From: Acidimicrobiia bacterium
GTDB taxonomy: Bacteria > Actinomycetota > Acidimicrobiia > IMCC26256 > JAGNEX01
Direction of reading: 5' to 3'
Assembly (NCBI GenBank): GCA_020637365.1
Contig: JACJWE010000002.1
Coordinates: forward strand, 280,499-344,498
DNA length: 64,000 nucleotides
Shown here: positions 38,048 through 48,755 of the stretch, piece by piece
Numbering within the stretch: the stretch's first letter is position 1
Layout: every line of letters starts with the position of its first letter
Notes under the pieces: generated by a model
The model's input: only the letters and a program-made list of their open reading frames with translations
Database searches by the model: none
Told to the model about the DNA's origin: nothing
Program-made: the position numbers and the translations under genes

Positions 38048-39103
38048 TCATCGGGTCTTTGGATCACTCACAAGCGAAACCACGCCTCCCGAGCGAGCGA
38101 ATCGGCCGTATCCGGAAACTTCGGTGGCGACCCGTTCACCGGCGACGACCGTCATCATGCGCATGACCGCCCGCTGGTCAGGACGCGGGTACCCCAACCA
38201 GATCCGCAACGCACGTTGAGCCAAAGCATCTGGCGCTGCCCGCAGCGGCGCAACCCGCAGCCCGCGCTCACATGTGGCCTCGTCGACGAGTTGGCGTGCC
38301 AGTCCATCGAGAAGTTCGTTCTCTTGACGAGCGATCTGGGCAAAACGAGCGAGCGGGACCGCGACGTCACGTCCCAGCCACCTCGACATCGAGGGCAGGG
38401 CTTCGGTGCGGAGCCAACTGCGGACATTGATCCCTTCGAGATTGGTGGGGTCGTTCCACACCGATACACCTGCCTCATCACAGATCGATGCCAAGGTGGC
38501 GCGCCTGACGCCGAGCAGCGGTCTGATCCAGATGCCGTCGACGGGTGCCATCGCAGCGACGCCCGACACGCCCGAGCCGCGCAGCAGACGGTCCATGACC
38601 GTTTCGGCTTGGTCATCAAGATGATGCGCGAGTGCGACGCGGTGACAGCGCGACCCGGCGGCGAGTCGACACAACGCTGCCCGGCGTACCGTTCGCGCCT
38701 GCGATTCCCACGATGCGCCCGGTGGCACGTACACCACCGTTTCGATCATGGGAACTCCGAGTCGGCGGGCCAACCGCCGAACCGCCACCCTGCCCGAGTC
38801 TGTACCGTCGACGCCACACGTCCCGTCCCGGTTGTGTTCGCTCTGCGGGTCGTCCGATGAGGGCTGCATCGAACCGCGCGGGGCAGGGACGCCGTCGTGA
38901 ATGACATGTGCGATGACCATGTCGATACCCGCAGCACGGGCGAGCAGCGCCAAAGCGGTCGAATCGGGCCCTCCCGAACAACCGATGAGCCAACGTTGCT
39001 GCCGCCCCTCAGGCGTACGCGCTCTGGCTGAGAGGTGATCGAGAAGGCTCCGATAACCCACGTCGATCACATCCACCCCAAACACAGCCGATGTTGGCGG
39101 CAA
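38048..39103 (-). CDS. tilS: tRNA(Ile)-lysidine synthase
   Basis: The GCSGGPDSTALALL PP-loop is present. Its position next to hpt/ftsH is the conserved one. Confidence 0.9.
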   Translation of the reverse strand: MPPTSAVFGVDVIDVGYRSLLDHLSARARTPEGRQQRWLIGCSGGPDSTALALLARAAGIDMVIAHVIHDGVPAPRGSMQPSSDDPQSEHNRDGTCGVDGTDSGRVAVRRLARRLGVPMIETVVYVPPGASWESQARTVRRAALCRLAAGSRCHRVALAHHLDDQAETVMDRLLRGSGVSGVAAMAPVDGIWIRPLLGVRRATLASICDEAGVSVWNDPTNLEGINVRSWLRTEALPSMSRWLGRDVAVPLARFAQIARQENELLDGLARQLVDEATCERGLRVAPLRAAPDALAQRALRIWLGYPRPDQRAVMRMMTVVAGERVATEVSGYGRFARSGGVVSLVSDPKTR

Positions 39104-39188
39104 TCGTCACCAACGCTGTCAATGCGGTCGCGGCGTTGGGGCTCAGGTGGGGAACGGTCGGGTCGGAGACCGTCGCGGCGCATCGAAT

Positions 39189-40259
39189 TCAGACGCTGAC
39201 GCCGACGCGCTCGAGCCAGGCTGGCGGGTCGCTGAAATCATCAAGGGTAGGAAGATTCTCGGGCGCAACCCACGCTTGGTCGATCGCGCGGGTACCCGCG
39301 AGAGCTGCGATATCGGCGCAGAACCGTTCGCCAACGGCGTATTGGGCCATCTTTTGTTCGAGGCCGAGCACCCAGCGAACCACTTTGGCGAGGCCTCCAT
39401 CGGAACGGCGGGTGCGTAGCGCGTCCGACATCTGTTCCTGCCCCGGGATGAACTCAGCACCGAGGTGGTCCATCACAAAATTGGCGTGCCCTTCGAGGAG
39501 CGTCATCAAGGACTGGACGCGGTCGAGCGCCTCGATCTGGGCACCATCTGCAAACAGGCCGACGATACCCCGCGGTCCAATCGGATCTTGTCGTTGGCGA
39601 AGCCCGGCGACGACTTTCTGCGCAGCGCGCTGTAGCCGTGCCGGATCGGGGTCGGCGAACGCCATGAGTTCGTCCACCAGGCCAAAGAAATACTCCCGCA
39701 ACCATGGAACGCCGGTGAACTGCACCTTGTGGGTCACCTCGTGAAGTGCCACCCACAAGCGAAACTGTTGGGGTTCAAACCCGTACTGCCGTTCGACAGC
39801 GACCATGTTCGGGATGACATACATCATCACATCGCCAGCGGGTGAGAACACCTCGTACTGGCCGAGGACCCGCCGGGAGACAAACCCGAGCATGAAACCA
39901 ACTTCGGCAGCGGTTGCTTTACGCGTGAAACCGTTGACACCCGCTTCGATCAGCTTGGGGTAGCGCAGATAGAGCGACCGCAGCAGATCCATGTAGCTAT
40001 CTGCGTTCGCGCCGACCCATTCGGATCGGTCGACACAGCGCACCGTGGCCGGTGCGGCGATGGCGCCAAGCCCGGTGAACTCTGCGACCGCCGCTTCGGC
40101 AAACGCAGTGTGCTCGGCCATGTCATGGCGAAAACGCGCCGCGAGAACCGCCCCGGAAGCCGATTCGGTCCCCGAGAAACGCTTCGCGACGGTGCGGACA
40201 AAGCCCCAGTCAACCGGATCGGCGGCCGGATCGAAGTCGGCAACCGACGGGTCGATCAC
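39189..40259 (-). CDS. Zinc-dependent metalloprotease (zincin-like, DUF2342-type)
   Basis: 356 aa with the HExxH motif ALHEVTHKVQF. It is the conserved actinobacterial neighbour of tilS. Confidence 0.7.
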   Translation of the reverse strand: MIDPSVADFDPAADPVDWGFVRTVAKRFSGTESASGAVLAARFRHDMAEHTAFAEAAVAEFTGLGAIAAPATVRCVDRSEWVGANADSYMDLLRSLYLRYPKLIEAGVNGFTRKATAAEVGFMLGFVSRRVLGQYEVFSPAGDVMMYVIPNMVAVERQYGFEPQQFRLWVALHEVTHKVQFTGVPWLREYFFGLVDELMAFADPDPARLQRAAQKVVAGLRQRQDPIGPRGIVGLFADGAQIEALDRVQSLMTLLEGHANFVMDHLGAEFIPGQEQMSDALRTRRSDGGLAKVVRWVLGLEQKMAQYAVGERFCADIAALAGTRAIDQAWVAPENLPTLDDFSDPPAWLERVGVSV

Positions 40260-40513
40260 CGGCGAGCCGACCAGCCTAGGTACACCTTGGCCAGGTACCA
40301 GAGCGCCAACAACACGAGCACGGCAAGGGCGCTAAAGGCCATCACGGGAGCGATCCATGAATGCCATTTGTGCTGGGTTGAGATGTCGGTCACGACATCG
40401 GGCGCTTCAAAGGAGCCAGCCTCGGTTGCCCAGGCTGGCATAACGGCCACAAGTTGCATCGCCAAGAAAATCCCGAGTGATGCCAATGCTGGACGTACGC
40501 GACCGAGCCTCAT
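40256..40513 (-). CDS. Small membrane protein (85 aa)
   Basis: This is the C-terminal part of ORF 40256..40756, whose 5' part overlaps the tRNA and is spurious. MRLGRVRPALASLGIFLAMQLVAVMPAWA is signal-like, and there is a C-terminal TM. Its stop overlaps the metalloprotease start. Confidence 0.5.
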   Translation of the reverse strand: MRLGRVRPALASLGIFLAMQLVAVMPAWATEAGSFEAPDVVTDISTQHKWHSWIAPVMAFSALAVLVLLALWYLAKVYLGWSARR

Positions 40514-40548
40514 GGACTCCTCCGAAAAGCTGACTGTGAAAAGAGAAC

Positions 40549-40624
40549 TGGAGCCGGGGATCGGACTTGAACCGACGACCTGCTCATTACGAGTGAGCTG
40601 CTCTACCGTCTGAGCTACCCCGGC
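40549..40624 (-). tRNA. tRNA-Thr (anticodon CGU), with encoded CCA
   Basis: Minus strand: GCCGGGGTAGCTCAGACGGTAGAGCAGCTCACTCGTAATGAGCAGGTCGTCGGTTCAAGTCCGATCCCCGGCTCCA. The anticodon loop is CTCGTAA. Confidence 0.9.
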
Positions 40625-40647
40625 CGACCCGGACATGCTAGTGGCGC

Positions 40648-41784
40648 TCAGCCCAAGGGAGGACATCGAAGGAGCCACGCGTCCAACATCAGACTCGTTC
40701 GCACCGATGGCGTTTCGGTGAAGACACGTTGAGTCTGCTCCGTCGACGAAAACCAACCGTCCGCGATTTCGGGCGAGATCTCGCCGTTCGCCAGCCGGTT
40801 GGACACCGACGCCAGCACTCCCGCAAACACCTCTCCGAGCGCTTCGATGCGGGCTTGGGTCACCAGACGTTTCTGGCGATTTTCGAGACTTCTTTCCATC
40901 GTTGCGGCGACGCGCGGCGGATACCCCGCAGCCTCGATATCGGTTCTGAGTTTCGCTATCTGACCGGCGTGTTGTTCACCCAGCCCGTCGACTGCAGCGT
41001 CGACCGCATCGGTGATCTCAGCGGATAGGCGCCCGGCGCTCGCGCCGTACGGCCGCAATCGGGCAGGAAGATCCAGCGCCAACCGTCGTAGGTCGCGGTA
41101 GGGACCGGCGAGTCGTCGGGCGCGATCGAGACTTCCCCCGGAGGCCGCCACGGCGTCAGCGACAGCATCCGCGTCGACGCCGTCGTCGAGTAGCGCCGTT
41201 GAGATCTCTTGAGAGGTCAGCGGCGCAAGGTTGGATCCAACGCAGCGCGACCTGATCGTGATCAGCACGTCTTGAGGTGAAGACGTGTGACCGACGATGA
41301 CCGTGCCGGGCGGCGGCTCTTCCATCGTCTTGAGCAGCTTGTTGGCGGCGGTCTCGTTGAGACGATCGATGTCGTGGATGAGCACCACCGCGCGACCCGC
41401 TTCGATCGGAGCGACGTTGACTCGCCGCACGATTTCACGGGCCTGTTCAACCAGGATCGATGCACCCTCGGGCTCGACTTCGAACACATCGGGATGCGCC
41501 ATCGACATGACCCTGGTACACGTTCGGCAGTGCCCGCAGCCACGATCTGGGCACAGGACCGCGGCGATGAAGCGTCGAGCGACGTCGTCGAGGCCACTTC
41601 CGGGCGGACCGACCAGCAGGTTGGCGTGTGGAGGCGCTAGAGCGAGACGTGACAGGTAGCTGAGTTGGCTCCCATGCCCAACGCTCGCTGCGAGCACCGG
41701 AGCAACGGAGCCCACCGGTTCCAAGCCCGACTCCTCGACGGCAGACATGCCGGGCTCACCCACTTCGAGGTTCGACGGCGTCAC
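40648..41784 (-). CDS. holB: DNA polymerase III subunit delta-prime
   Basis: ...HANLLVGPPGSGL...CGHCRTC... (zinc module), followed by AAA+-like clamp-loader domains downstream of tmk. The start may be the internal ATG 41748. Confidence 0.85.
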   Translation of the reverse strand: MTPSNLEVGEPGMSAVEESGLEPVGSVAPVLAASVGHGSQLSYLSRLALAPPHANLLVGPPGSGLDDVARRFIAAVLCPDRGCGHCRTCTRVMSMAHPDVFEVEPEGASILVEQAREIVRRVNVAPIEAGRAVVLIHDIDRLNETAANKLLKTMEEPPPGTVIVGHTSSPQDVLITIRSRCVGSNLAPLTSQEISTALLDDGVDADAVADAVAASGGSLDRARRLAGPYRDLRRLALDLPARLRPYGASAGRLSAEITDAVDAAVDGLGEQHAGQIAKLRTDIEAAGYPPRVAATMERSLENRQKRLVTQARIEALGEVFAGVLASVSNRLANGEISPEIADGWFSSTEQTQRVFTETPSVRTSLMLDAWLLRCPPLG

Positions 41785-42496
41785 CGCCGAAGTCAGCTAG
41801 GACGCCCCACAATTGATCTGCTACCTCGTCGATCGAACCGGATGCGTCGATCATCTGCCAACCAAACCTGGTCGCCAGATGACGATAGCCATCACGAACC
41901 CGCTGTCCGAATTCCGCTCCTGCGGACTCAAAACGGTCAGCATCTGGCCGGTCACGCAGCGACCGGTCCCCAGGGTCGAGAACAAAGACCACATCGGGTT
42001 CCAGTGAGATGCCGCTCAGATCGTGGAGCGCCAGAACCCGATCGACGCCGAGACCACGGGCGAGTCCTTGATAGACGAGCGAACTTGGGAGATATCGGTC
42101 GGTCACCACATGGCTGCCGGCCGCCAAGAGGGGTTCGAGCGCAGCGACATGCTGAACGCGTTGCGCGGTCATCAGCAGTGCCTCAGCCATCGGCTCAGAA
42201 TCGGCATGTAACACAAGACTTCGGATCTCACGACCCAGATCGGTACCGCCGGGTTCGAAGGTTTGATGAACCGTCGCCCCACCGGAGCGCCACCGCCTGA
42301 CGAGCAGATCGACCTGTGTCGATTTGCCCCCTCCATCGGGACCCTCCAACACCACGAACAGCCCTCGTTGAGCAGCATGATCGGGTTTCTTCCCCGGGTC
42401 CGGTGCGTTCTGGTGGGACCGCTGGTTGGAGGGCGGGTTTTGGTCGCCTCGACATTGAGCGCCTGGAGGTCGAGTCAGAGGATTCATCGGTTCCAC
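41756..42496 (-). CDS. tmk: dTMP (thymidylate) kinase with an N-terminal extension
   Basis: FVVLEGPDGGGKSTQ P-loop and ...DRY..S..AYQG-like YQG region. Confidence 0.9.
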   Translation of the reverse strand: MEPMNPLTRPPGAQCRGDQNPPSNQRSHQNAPDPGKKPDHAAQRGLFVVLEGPDGGGKSTQVDLLVRRWRSGGATVHQTFEPGGTDLGREIRSLVLHADSEPMAEALLMTAQRVQHVAALEPLLAAGSHVVTDRYLPSSLVYQGLARGLGVDRVLALHDLSGISLEPDVVFVLDPGDRSLRDRPDADRFESAGAEFGQRVRDGYRHLATRFGWQMIDASGSIDEVADQLWGVLADFGGDAVEPRSG

Positions 42497-43899
42497 GTTT
42501 GTGGTTCCACGGTGTCGATGCGCCGACGCTCTTCAGGCGATTCGGTGCGCGCGGCCCGAGCCGCGAGCAGCCCGCCCAGCGCTGCGATGATGCCGCCCGT
42601 CAACAGCGCCAAGCGGCTACCCGGAAAGAACATCGACATCGAACCGATATTGAACGTCCGATCCGCGCCCAGCACCCTTCGGGACAATACGTCGAGACCG
42701 CCAGCGAGGGCGGGGAACAGCACGAGCGATCCGAAGACCGAAAGCCGCACGACCGTATTGAGCGCGGCGAAGGTGCGGCCACGGATGTCGTCGGTCGCTC
42801 GCGCGTGCAGGATCGTCAACCCGGTGACGTATGCCGGTGCAGCGAAGAAGCCCAAGGCCCCGATCCACACCACCGCGACCGCTAGCGAACTGGTCAACGA
42901 GGCGAGGATGATCGCTATACCCGAGATGGCGACCCCCCCAGCAAACAACATGTTCTGAGGCACAAAGCGCGACACGACCCGCACGCTCGCTACGCCGAAC
43001 GCCGCTCCGAGCCCAACCCCAAAGTTCAGCAATCCGTACCCGCTCGGACCGGCACCGAGAACATCACTCGTAATCCGCTCCCCCAATGAGACGATCGATG
43101 CGCCGCCGAGCAGCCCGATCGACATACCCAACATCACCCCGCGAATGGCGGGTTGTTGAGCAACAAATCGGATGCCTTCTTTGATGTCTCGCCACGCGTC
43201 GCCCCAAGGAATCCCCTTGGCATCCGATTCACGGTGACGCTCCCTGCCGCGAGGAATCGCCAAACGGGAAATCACCATCGCCGAAGCAACGTAGGTCAAG
43301 GAGTCAAAGACGATTGCCAGGCTCTCGCCGGTGACATCGGCGAACAGGCTGAACTGGGCAAGCCAATCCGAAATCGATGCGAGGATCGCGAAAATCAGCG
43401 CAGCAACGGGGATCACCCCAAACATCGCCGCGAGCGAGAGCGAATTGGCCATTTCAAGGCGTTCGCGAGGTACCAGGTGCGGAACGCTCGCCTCTTTCGC
43501 TGGCGCCCACAGCATCGCCAGGATTTCCATCAACAACGGGATCAGGATCAGCCCGAAGAGATTGTCGAAATATAACAACGGCAAAAACACCAACGCACGC
43601 GAAAAGTCGATCACGACCATGGTGCGTTTTCGATCCCAACGATCGGCGAGCACTCCGCCGACAGGCGCCAACAACAGCCCGGGAAGCACCCGGGCCATGA
43701 TCGTGAGCGCGGTTCCGACCTCACCGGCAACACGACCAGCGATCGAGATCGTCGCCATGATGCCGATCCAGTCACCAAGACTCGACCCAACTTGGGAAAT
43801 CCAAAGGTTGAAAAACGCGCGCGAACCAAAGGTCCGCTCGATCCAGCCTTGGCTCGAACCGTCGTGTCGTTCAACTCTGTCGGCTGCGTCCACCGTCAC
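42484..43899 (-). CDS. MFS transporter
   Basis: 471 aa with about 12 predicted TM segments. The motif GGVLADRWDRKR lies between TM2 and TM3. Confidence 0.8.
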   Translation of the reverse strand: MTVDAADRVERHDGSSQGWIERTFGSRAFFNLWISQVGSSLGDWIGIMATISIAGRVAGEVGTALTIMARVLPGLLLAPVGGVLADRWDRKRTMVVIDFSRALVFLPLLYFDNLFGLILIPLLMEILAMLWAPAKEASVPHLVPRERLEMANSLSLAAMFGVIPVAALIFAILASISDWLAQFSLFADVTGESLAIVFDSLTYVASAMVISRLAIPRGRERHRESDAKGIPWGDAWRDIKEGIRFVAQQPAIRGVMLGMSIGLLGGASIVSLGERITSDVLGAGPSGYGLLNFGVGLGAAFGVASVRVVSRFVPQNMLFAGGVAISGIAIILASLTSSLAVAVVWIGALGFFAAPAYVTGLTILHARATDDIRGRTFAALNTVVRLSVFGSLVLFPALAGGLDVLSRRVLGADRTFNIGSMSMFFPGSRLALLTGGIIAALGGLLAARAARTESPEERRRIDTVEPQTWNR

Positions 43900-43975
43900 C
43901 GAGCTTACGTCCCGATCGTCAGAGGTCGGTAGGTGTCAATGCTCTGATCAGGGCTGTGACCAGCACCGTAACCGG

Positions 43976-46558
43976 TCAACGCTTCGCGTCGGCCCGGGCG
44001 CGCAGCCACTCGACCGCCTCCTCGACCTTGACCGTCTCAGGTTCACGGCCCCGCGGAATCGACGCATTTGTCGTGCCGTCGGTGACATAGGGCCCATAGC
44101 GACCGTCCAGGATCTTGAGCGCCTTACCGTTCTCGCTGTTCTCGCCCAACTCGCGCAACACGCGCTGTTGGCGACGTCCGCGGCGTTTCGGCTGAGCAAA
44201 GAGTTCGACCGCCTGATCCAAGGTGATCGTCAGTAGTTCGGCTTCGTCCTGCAGCGAACGCGAATCGTCGCCACGTTTGAGGTATGGGCCAAAACGCCCG
44301 TTGTGCGCAACGACCTCTTCACCGTCGATCTCACCGAGGGATCGGGGGATGCTCAACAAGTCGAGCGCCTCCTCGAGGGTGACGGTCCGGGGATCCATCG
44401 TCTTGAACAGCGACGAGGTCTTCGGTTTCTTGCCCCGCTTCTTCCCGGATGGGGGCGGCTCGGGCTGGCCAAGTTGGACATAGGGGCCGTAACGGCCATC
44501 TTTCACGACGATTTCTTTGCCGGTTTCAGGGTCGGTACCGAGCACTTTGTCAGGAGCGTTTTGGCGTTCGATCAGCTCCATCGCCAGTTCGGTCGTGAGC
44601 TCGTCAGGCGCGAGGTCGGTCGGGACTGACGCACGCTTTTCACCCATATCGACGTAGGGACCATAACGACCGACCCGAACGACGACGCCGTCATCACCCT
44701 CGGTTTGGCCAACGGTGATCGAATTGATCGCACGGGCGTTGATGTCGGGAAACTGGGTTTCGATCTGCTTGTGCAGCCCGTAAGCGTGATCGCCCGATCC
44801 TCCGAAATAGAAGTCGGTCAGCCACGGCACCGCCTCGTTGCCGCCGTGAGCGATCGCGTCGAGGTCAGACTCCATATTGGCGGTGAAGTCGTAGTCGATC
44901 AGATCACCAAAGTGGGTTTCAAGGAGTTGAACGACCGCAAAAGCCGTCCACGAGGGCACCAGGGCCGTCCCCTTCTTCCAGACATAGCCGCGGTCCTGGA
45001 TGGTCTGGATCACCGATGCATACGTCGACGGGCGACCGATACCGCGCGCCTCGAGCTCTTGGACCAGACGGGCCTCGGTGTAGCGGGCGGGCGGTTTGGT
45101 CTCATGGTCCTTGGCCTGAGCCGAGGTGCACTCGACAACCTGGCCGACCTCGAGCGGCGGCAGGACAACCTCTCGATCATCGAGTTCGGCTTCTGGGTCA
45201 TCGGCACCCTCAACGTAAGCGCGCAAGTATCCGGGGAACACGATGATTCGCCCGTTGGCTTGGAGGATCAGCGCCTCACCGTCGGGGCCAGCTTCGGAAA
45301 GCTGAACGGTCATCCGCTTGCCGCGAGCGTTCTCCATCTGAGATGCGACGGTTCGCTTCCAGATGAGGTCATAGAGCTTGCGCTCATCGTCATCGAGTTC
45401 GGAAGCAACCTCGTCAGGCGATCTGAAGGTTTCACCCGCGGGTCGGATTGCCTCGTGAGCTTCCTGAGCTCCCTTGACCTTCTTGGTGTACAGCCGCGGC
45501 GATGCTGGCAAATACTCGGGCCCGTAACGCCGCTCGATCTCAGAACGCGCCGCCGCCAGGGCCTGTTCCGACAGCGTGGTCGAGTCGGTACGCATATAGG
45601 TGATGAACCCGCGCTCATAAAGCCGCTGGGCAACCGACATGGCACGAGACGCAGAAAAACGCAGCTTGCGGCCAGCCTCTTGTTGCAACGTCGAGGTGAT
45701 AAACGGCGCGTACGGCTTGTTTTGGTAGTCCTTTGCCTCGACCGACACAACCGTGGGTGAGCTGTTCTCGAGGCGACCCCGGATCGCTTCGGCGCGTTCA
45801 CCGTCGAGGAGCAGGACGTTCTTGCCCTGCGAAATGCGACCTGTGTCGGGATCAAAATCTTTGCCGCTCGCGACCCGCACCCCATCGACGGAATGCAGTG
45901 CTGCCCCGAAATCGGAGCTCTTGGCATTCATCGTGGCTTCGATGCTCCAGTAAGCGCCCGCCCGAAAAGCGATGCGGTCGCGTTCGCGTTCGACGACCAA
46001 CCGGGTCGCGACGCTCTGTACGCGCCCAGCGGACAACTTGGGCATGATCTTCTTCCAGAGCACCTCGGAGAGTTCCCAGCCGTAGAGGCGGTCCAAGATG
46101 CGACGGGCCTCTTGAGCATCGACCAGCTTGCGGTCGAGGTCCCGCGTGTTTTCCATCGCCTGCTCAATGGCGGGCTTGGTGATCTCGTGGAACACCATGC
46201 GCTTGACCGGCACCTTGGGGTTCAGCACCTCCAACAGGTGCCACGCGATCGATTCCCCCTCGCGATCCTCATCCGTTGCGAGAAACACTTCGTCGGCGTT
46301 CTTCAGCAAGGACCGCAGCTTCTTGACCTGGTCGCGCTTACGAGCCGGGATGATGTACAACGGCTTGAAGTCATTGTCGACGTCCACGGCAAGGTTCGCC
46401 CACGGTTCACCCTTGTACGCCTTTGGGATCTCTCTGGCAGAACCGGGCAGGTCACGGACGTGCCCAACACTTGATTCAACCGTAAAGCCCGGGCCAAGGA
46501 TCCCAGCAATGGTGCGCGCCTTGGCTGGCGACTCGACAATCACAAGAGAATTTGCCAC
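43976..46558 (-). CDS. topA: DNA topoisomerase I
   Basis: LVIVESPAKARTI (Toprim), the catalytic-Tyr region YMRTDS, and C-terminal repeated GRYGPY/GRFGPY motifs. The ORF-track start is 46591. GTG 46558 with a GAGG SD is more likely. Confidence 0.95.
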   Translation of the reverse strand: MANSLVIVESPAKARTIAGILGPGFTVESSVGHVRDLPGSAREIPKAYKGEPWANLAVDVDNDFKPLYIIPARKRDQVKKLRSLLKNADEVFLATDEDREGESIAWHLLEVLNPKVPVKRMVFHEITKPAIEQAMENTRDLDRKLVDAQEARRILDRLYGWELSEVLWKKIMPKLSAGRVQSVATRLVVERERDRIAFRAGAYWSIEATMNAKSSDFGAALHSVDGVRVASGKDFDPDTGRISQGKNVLLLDGERAEAIRGRLENSSPTVVSVEAKDYQNKPYAPFITSTLQQEAGRKLRFSASRAMSVAQRLYERGFITYMRTDSTTLSEQALAAARSEIERRYGPEYLPASPRLYTKKVKGAQEAHEAIRPAGETFRSPDEVASELDDDERKLYDLIWKRTVASQMENARGKRMTVQLSEAGPDGEALILQANGRIIVFPGYLRAYVEGADDPEAELDDREVVLPPLEVGQVVECTSAQAKDHETKPPARYTEARLVQELEARGIGRPSTYASVIQTIQDRGYVWKKGTALVPSWTAFAVVQLLETHFGDLIDYDFTANMESDLDAIAHGGNEAVPWLTDFYFGGSGDHAYGLHKQIETQFPDINARAINSITVGQTEGDDGVVVRVGRYGPYVDMGEKRASVPTDLAPDELTTELAMELIERQNAPDKVLGTDPETGKEIVVKDGRYGPYVQLGQPEPPPSGKKRGKKPKTSSLFKTMDPRTVTLEEALDLLSIPRSLGEIDGEEVVAHNGRFGPYLKRGDDSRSLQDEAELLTITLDQAVELFAQPKRRGRRQQRVLRELGENSENGKALKILDGRYGPYVTDGTTNASIPRGREPETVKVEEAVEWLRARADAKR

Positions 46559-46777
46559 GAAAAAGACCTCAATTCGGCGTGTTGCATTCACCTCGTTGGC
46601 AACGGTCTAGCCTACGGGTTCGTATGCGCCGCCACTGGGTTGCATGACGCTGGTACGCGTGATCAGCCACATCGTCCCGGCTCGCAGTCCGAAACGGGCG
46701 GCATACAAAAGTCGGATAGTAGGGGTTGGGACGGCTCCGATGTCGTGAGCCCACCCCCACAAGGGATGTTCCACGTT

Positions 46778-47710
46778 ATGACGATGCCACGCAATCCATC
46801 GCCTCGCGGGGACGGACGCCCCCTACCCAGACGGGCTCAAGATTCGGTCGCGCAGGAACGGGCCAACCGTAGGGCGAACCGTCGCCAGCAGCGGCGGCGG
46901 CGCCGTCAGATCCGTTCTGCGGTGATCGGCGTTGTCCTCATATTGCTCCTGATCGTGTTGTTGTCGCGATGCGGAGGCGGGGACGATACATCGACCGCGA
47001 CGCCGAACTCGGCCGCCAATTCCGCTGTCGACGCAAACGATCAACCCTCAGCGTCAGCAACCCCGACCGTCGAAATAACCGCAGCGAACATCGATGGAGG
47101 TGGCCAGATCGCCGCAGCGGACCAAACCGCCGTACAACAAGCCATCCAGCAGTACGTGGCGATCGGTATCGACCAATCCGCCCAGACCGGGACCGCACCC
47201 GCCGGCCTGAACGCCCTCATGACCGACGAGGCAGCAGCGCAGGTCACTCAGCAGGCCCAAGACGTGCTCACCGACGCGTCGGTCGGCCCGGGCGCAACGC
47301 CAAAACAGGTGACGACGGCGACGGCGACGCTGACCGGCGGACTCCCCGATGAAGCGGGAAACATCACCGTGATCGCCGCTCGCGTGCGGATCAATGCGGT
47401 ATTCGCCAAGGAAGGGTCCGCTCAAACGATCAGCCAGCGCGCCGGCGACCTGTCCTTCATCCGCAGCGGAACCGCATGGCTGCTCGATGGTTGGGACCTC
47501 GAAGTCCGCCGGGCAGGTGGTGGTGTAGACACTCAAACCCAGGCGACGAGCTCGGTCGAAACGGACGGCGCAGACGGGGTGCAGGCCCCCGCCGCCGCGG
47601 CTACAACGACAACCGCTGGGGATAGCTTGTCCATTCAAGATTTTTCGAGTGACGCCGGCACGGGGGCTGCGGTCGGCGTCATAGCTGCGAACATTTCCGT
47701 CTCAGGATGA
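46778..47710 (+). CDS. Hypothetical single-pass membrane protein, translationally coupled to the LCP gene
   Basis: It has an Arg-rich cytoplasmic N-terminus, a TM (AVIGVVLILLLIVLL) and an Ala/Thr/Gln-rich ectodomain. It has an ATGA overlap with the next gene. The start is ambiguous (46640, 46766, 46778 or 46784). Confidence 0.5.
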   Translation: MTMPRNPSPRGDGRPLPRRAQDSVAQERANRRANRRQQRRRRRQIRSAVIGVVLILLLIVLLSRCGGGDDTSTATPNSAANSAVDANDQPSASATPTVEITAANIDGGGQIAAADQTAVQQAIQQYVAIGIDQSAQTGTAPAGLNALMTDEAAAQVTQQAQDVLTDASVGPGATPKQVTTATATLTGGLPDEAGNITVIAARVRINAVFAKEGSAQTISQRAGDLSFIRSGTAWLLDGWDLEVRRAGGGVDTQTQATSSVETDGADGVQAPAAAATTTTAGDSLSIQDFSSDAGTGAAVGVIAANISVSG

Positions 47711-48741
47711 CCACATTGCTCTTTCGACATGGTTTAGGTCCCAGCGCCGTCGCCAAAACAGCGAAAGCGGCTGGTCTGGTCACCGTTGCGGTGATCAGCG
47801 GTGTCGTGGGGATGATCATCATGTTGTTGTCCCCTCAGCTCTCGGGGACTGCACCGCTGTTCAAGATTGCTGCGGTCGGCCACTCGACCGCTCAGGGAGC
47901 GCCATCGGATGTGGTGTGGGCCCTGATCGTGGGCTCTGACCACCGCGTCGGCCGACCCGACGTCTACGGCGACGCCGTCGATGGGGCACGCGGCGATGCT
48001 CTGCACCTCGTCGGGATCAACGTCAAAGAGCAACACGCGACCATGCTCAATATTCCCCGAGACACCGTCGCTCAGATCCCAGGGCATGGCGAAGGGCGCA
48101 TCAACACCGGACTGACCTACGGCGGTCTCGAAGGTCAAGCTGAAGCGGTCACCAATCTGACCGGAATCCCGGTCGACTACGTCGTATCGGTCGATTTTGA
48201 CCAATTCCTGAGCGTCGTCGACTCCCTCGGCACGATCACCGTCGACGTTCCCTATGGAATGGACGACCCGGCGTCTGGGGCGGCGTTCCTGCCCGGTGAA
48301 AACGAGTTCAACGGTGGTCAGGCGCTGGCATTTTCACGCAATCGAAAAAGCCTGCCGTGCGATGGAATCCCCGAGCGGTGTGGTGACTGGGGCCGGACGA
48401 TGAACCAGGCACAGTTGATCATCGAGACGCTCCGCGAGATTCAAGGCCGCGGCGCGAGCATCACCGAAACGATCACCCTGGTCCAGATGTTCCTGGCCCA
48501 CGGTACGTATACAGGCATGTCGTCGACCGAGCTCTACCGCCTCGGTCGACTCGCGCTCGAACTCGACCCCGACAGCATCGACTCGTTCTTGTTGCCATCT
48601 GAATCAGGTCGCCTCGGCTCGGCGTCCGTGGTGCGCACCACGGGGGCAGCGGCAGGCCTTCTCGCAGATATGGCTGATGATGGCATCGTGCAAAGCGACG
48701 AGTACGTCCGCTTCGTCGGCGGACGCTTCCAGGGACTGTAG
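47707..48741 (+). CDS. LytR-CpsA-Psr (LCP) family cell-wall glycopolymer transferase
   Basis: It has an N-terminal TM, then ...GDALHLVGINVKEQHATMLNIPRDT...NTGLTYGG...FSRNRKS. Confidence 0.85.
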   Translation: MTTLLFRHGLGPSAVAKTAKAAGLVTVAVISGVVGMIIMLLSPQLSGTAPLFKIAAVGHSTAQGAPSDVVWALIVGSDHRVGRPDVYGDAVDGARGDALHLVGINVKEQHATMLNIPRDTVAQIPGHGEGRINTGLTYGGLEGQAEAVTNLTGIPVDYVVSVDFDQFLSVVDSLGTITVDVPYGMDDPASGAAFLPGENEFNGGQALAFSRNRKSLPCDGIPERCGDWGRTMNQAQLIIETLREIQGRGASITETITLVQMFLAHGTYTGMSSTELYRLGRLALELDPDSIDSFLLPSESGRLGSASVVRTTGAAAGLLADMADDGIVQSDEYVRFVGGRFQGL

Positions 48742-48755
48742 GTTCACGGTCTCAC

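Noticed and set aside
40514-40756. N-terminal part of ORF 40256..40756 (166 aa)
   Set aside because: It runs straight through tRNA-Thr(CGU) at 40549-40624. Only the part downstream of ATG 40513 is kept, as a possible small membrane protein.
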